From positions 9,376,001-9,440,000 of the forward strand of contig CP068257.2 of assembly GCA_009914755.4 (NCBI GenBank): a stretch of 64,000 nucleotides of DNA. The letters run 5' to 3'. Below the pieces are notes generated by a model that did no database searches, was not told the origin of the DNA, and saw only the letters and a list, made by a program, of their open reading frames with translations. The translations under genes were made by a program, and so were the position numbers. Within the stretch, counting starts at the first letter, position 1, and the number at the start of each line of letters is the position of its first letter. Shown piece after piece: positions 62,814 through 64,000 of this stretch. Origin of the DNA: the human T2T-CHM13v2.0 reference genome, Homo sapiens.

Positions 62814-64000
62814 GCGCATGCGCATTGGCTGAGCCGACTCACGCTCCACTCCTGACAGATAGGCTGCGTCCCCTTTAAATATTGCCACCGCCGCGCGGCG
62901 GCCACGATGCTCCTGCTGCCGCCGGGGCGGCGGCTGTGTCCTGGGTCCTGTTTGGGGCGGCATGGGAGAGGGGACCGCCGGTGTCTCGTCCTGTCCCAGG
63001 CCCAAACCCCCAGGGCTCCTGTCCTTAGGACCTGCTTGAGCCGACTTCCACCAAGGGAGGGGGAGCTTCAGGACGCCTGCTGTGTTCTCTGGACTCCCGT
63101 TGAGATCCCATTCTGGCCCCCTCCGCGTGACATAGGATGGGCTCACCACATGTGGTCAGGCCGGCAGGGCCTCGCTGCAGCACACAATGACCCCATAGGT
63201 CTCAAGGCCTAGTGTCAGAGCAAACTCACTCATCCATCAGCCCTCTGCCTCCCTCCTCCTTTGAAAGTGCATTGGCCTGCCCCGCTTGTAAAAGCCCAGG
63301 GGTTCCGGAAAGCCGAACGCGCTTTACAGGACAACTGCAAAGAGGAACAGAGGCGAAATCCAGGGGGAGACCATGTGACCACGCGTGGCACTGGCCAATC
63401 CCACAGCAGTTGGTGTTAATGTGTGTCACCGGAGGCATACGTGGCGACGGCGAAACGAAGGGTGGGGTCCAGGCATATGCCGGTGGAAGGGGGAAACGGG
63501 TGACATTTCCGTCAATGCCAAGGAAAAACAAACAACACCTGGGAACCGTGGGGTAGGGGGCCTCCTGTGCCTGACCCAAGCCACGTTTTCAAATGCCTAC
63601 CAGAGGGGCAAAGAGGTTTCTGCCAATTTCGCAACACCCCCAATCCTCCACCGACCTGGTAGCCCTGACGCAACTTCGGCTGGCACAAACCCACAGAGAG
63701 TGGGAAAGAAACACACAGAGAGTGAGAGACAGAGAGAGAAGAGAGAATGGGAGACACACACACAGACACACACGCACACACACGCAGAGTCATACAGCAG
63801 AGCCATTGAACCCTGAGAACCCTGAGGCAACCCCTGAGGATCCGGGGTTCTGCTCTGGAGGAGAACGACCCTCGGGTGAGAGAGCAGCCCAGGAGCACGC
63901 AGGCCGACCCGTCCTCGAGATCACGGACAGCGGTAAGGCTTTTGGCGAGACTCACCCCAACCAACACCGTCCGTGCAGGCCTGAGGCTGGGATCCCGCGC
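62814..64000. repeat. Satellite monomer m45 (partial, 1187 bp; same divergent subtype as m44)
   Basis: Anchor at 62814; 63809-63838 'aaccctgagaaccctgaggcaacccctgag'; window ends inside the monomer. Confidence 0.9.

Overview
This window is almost entirely one eukaryotic tandem satellite (macrosatellite-type) array. It is GC-rich (roughly 58-60% by eye), CpG-rich and probably vertebrate. I find no credible protein-coding gene, rRNA, tRNA, CRISPR array, prokaryotic operon or mobile element.

The monomer is about 1.41 kb (1406-1414 bp) and is repeated head-to-tail about 45.5 times from roughly position 306 to the end. Positions 1-305 look like a strongly diverged (roughly 65-70% identical) copy of the same monomer, so the window appears to include the left edge of the homogenised array. 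The junction falls inside the monomer's internal microsatellite.

Every monomer carries four recurring elements:
- A promoter-like cluster: a perfect GCGCATGCGC palindrome (NRF-1-like), then an inverted CCAAT box (ATTGG), then TTTAAATA about 50 bp downstream, followed by a very GC-rich segment.
- A 10-bp palindrome CCACGCGTGG next to a forward CCAAT box.
- A compound imperfect (GA)n/(CA)n microsatellite of about 120 bp.
- A conserved AGGTGAG.

Monomer-length variation comes from (CA)n slippage and an 8-bp tandem duplication.

The array has complex nested higher-order structure:
- About 12.3 kb (1612-13924) recurs almost base-identically 19,721 bp later (21333-33645), and the same series of monomer lengths recurs with it.
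- Monomers m13-m15 (17733-21953) are three near-identical copies.
- A 2,819-bp two-monomer repeat and a 7,045-bp repeat lie in 35.8-46.9 kb. Their identity breakpoints map to the microsatellite.
- A three-monomer, 4,227-bp higher-order repeat spans 47.3-55.8 kb.
- The last two monomers (61.4-64 kb) are a divergent subtype in which the (CA)n core is replaced by a tripled AACCCTGAG motif.

Variant sites between monomers are enriched for CpG->TpG/CpA changes, consistent with a methylated vertebrate germline. The six-frame ORFs simply repeat with the monomer period on both strands. They use GTG starts, are broken by frameshifts and ATG-loss variants in many copies, and are low-complexity (CA-repeat-derived Cys/Val runs), so none is annotated as a CDS. 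I cannot identify the species or the satellite family from memory. A RepeatMasker/Dfam/BLAST search would settle that.
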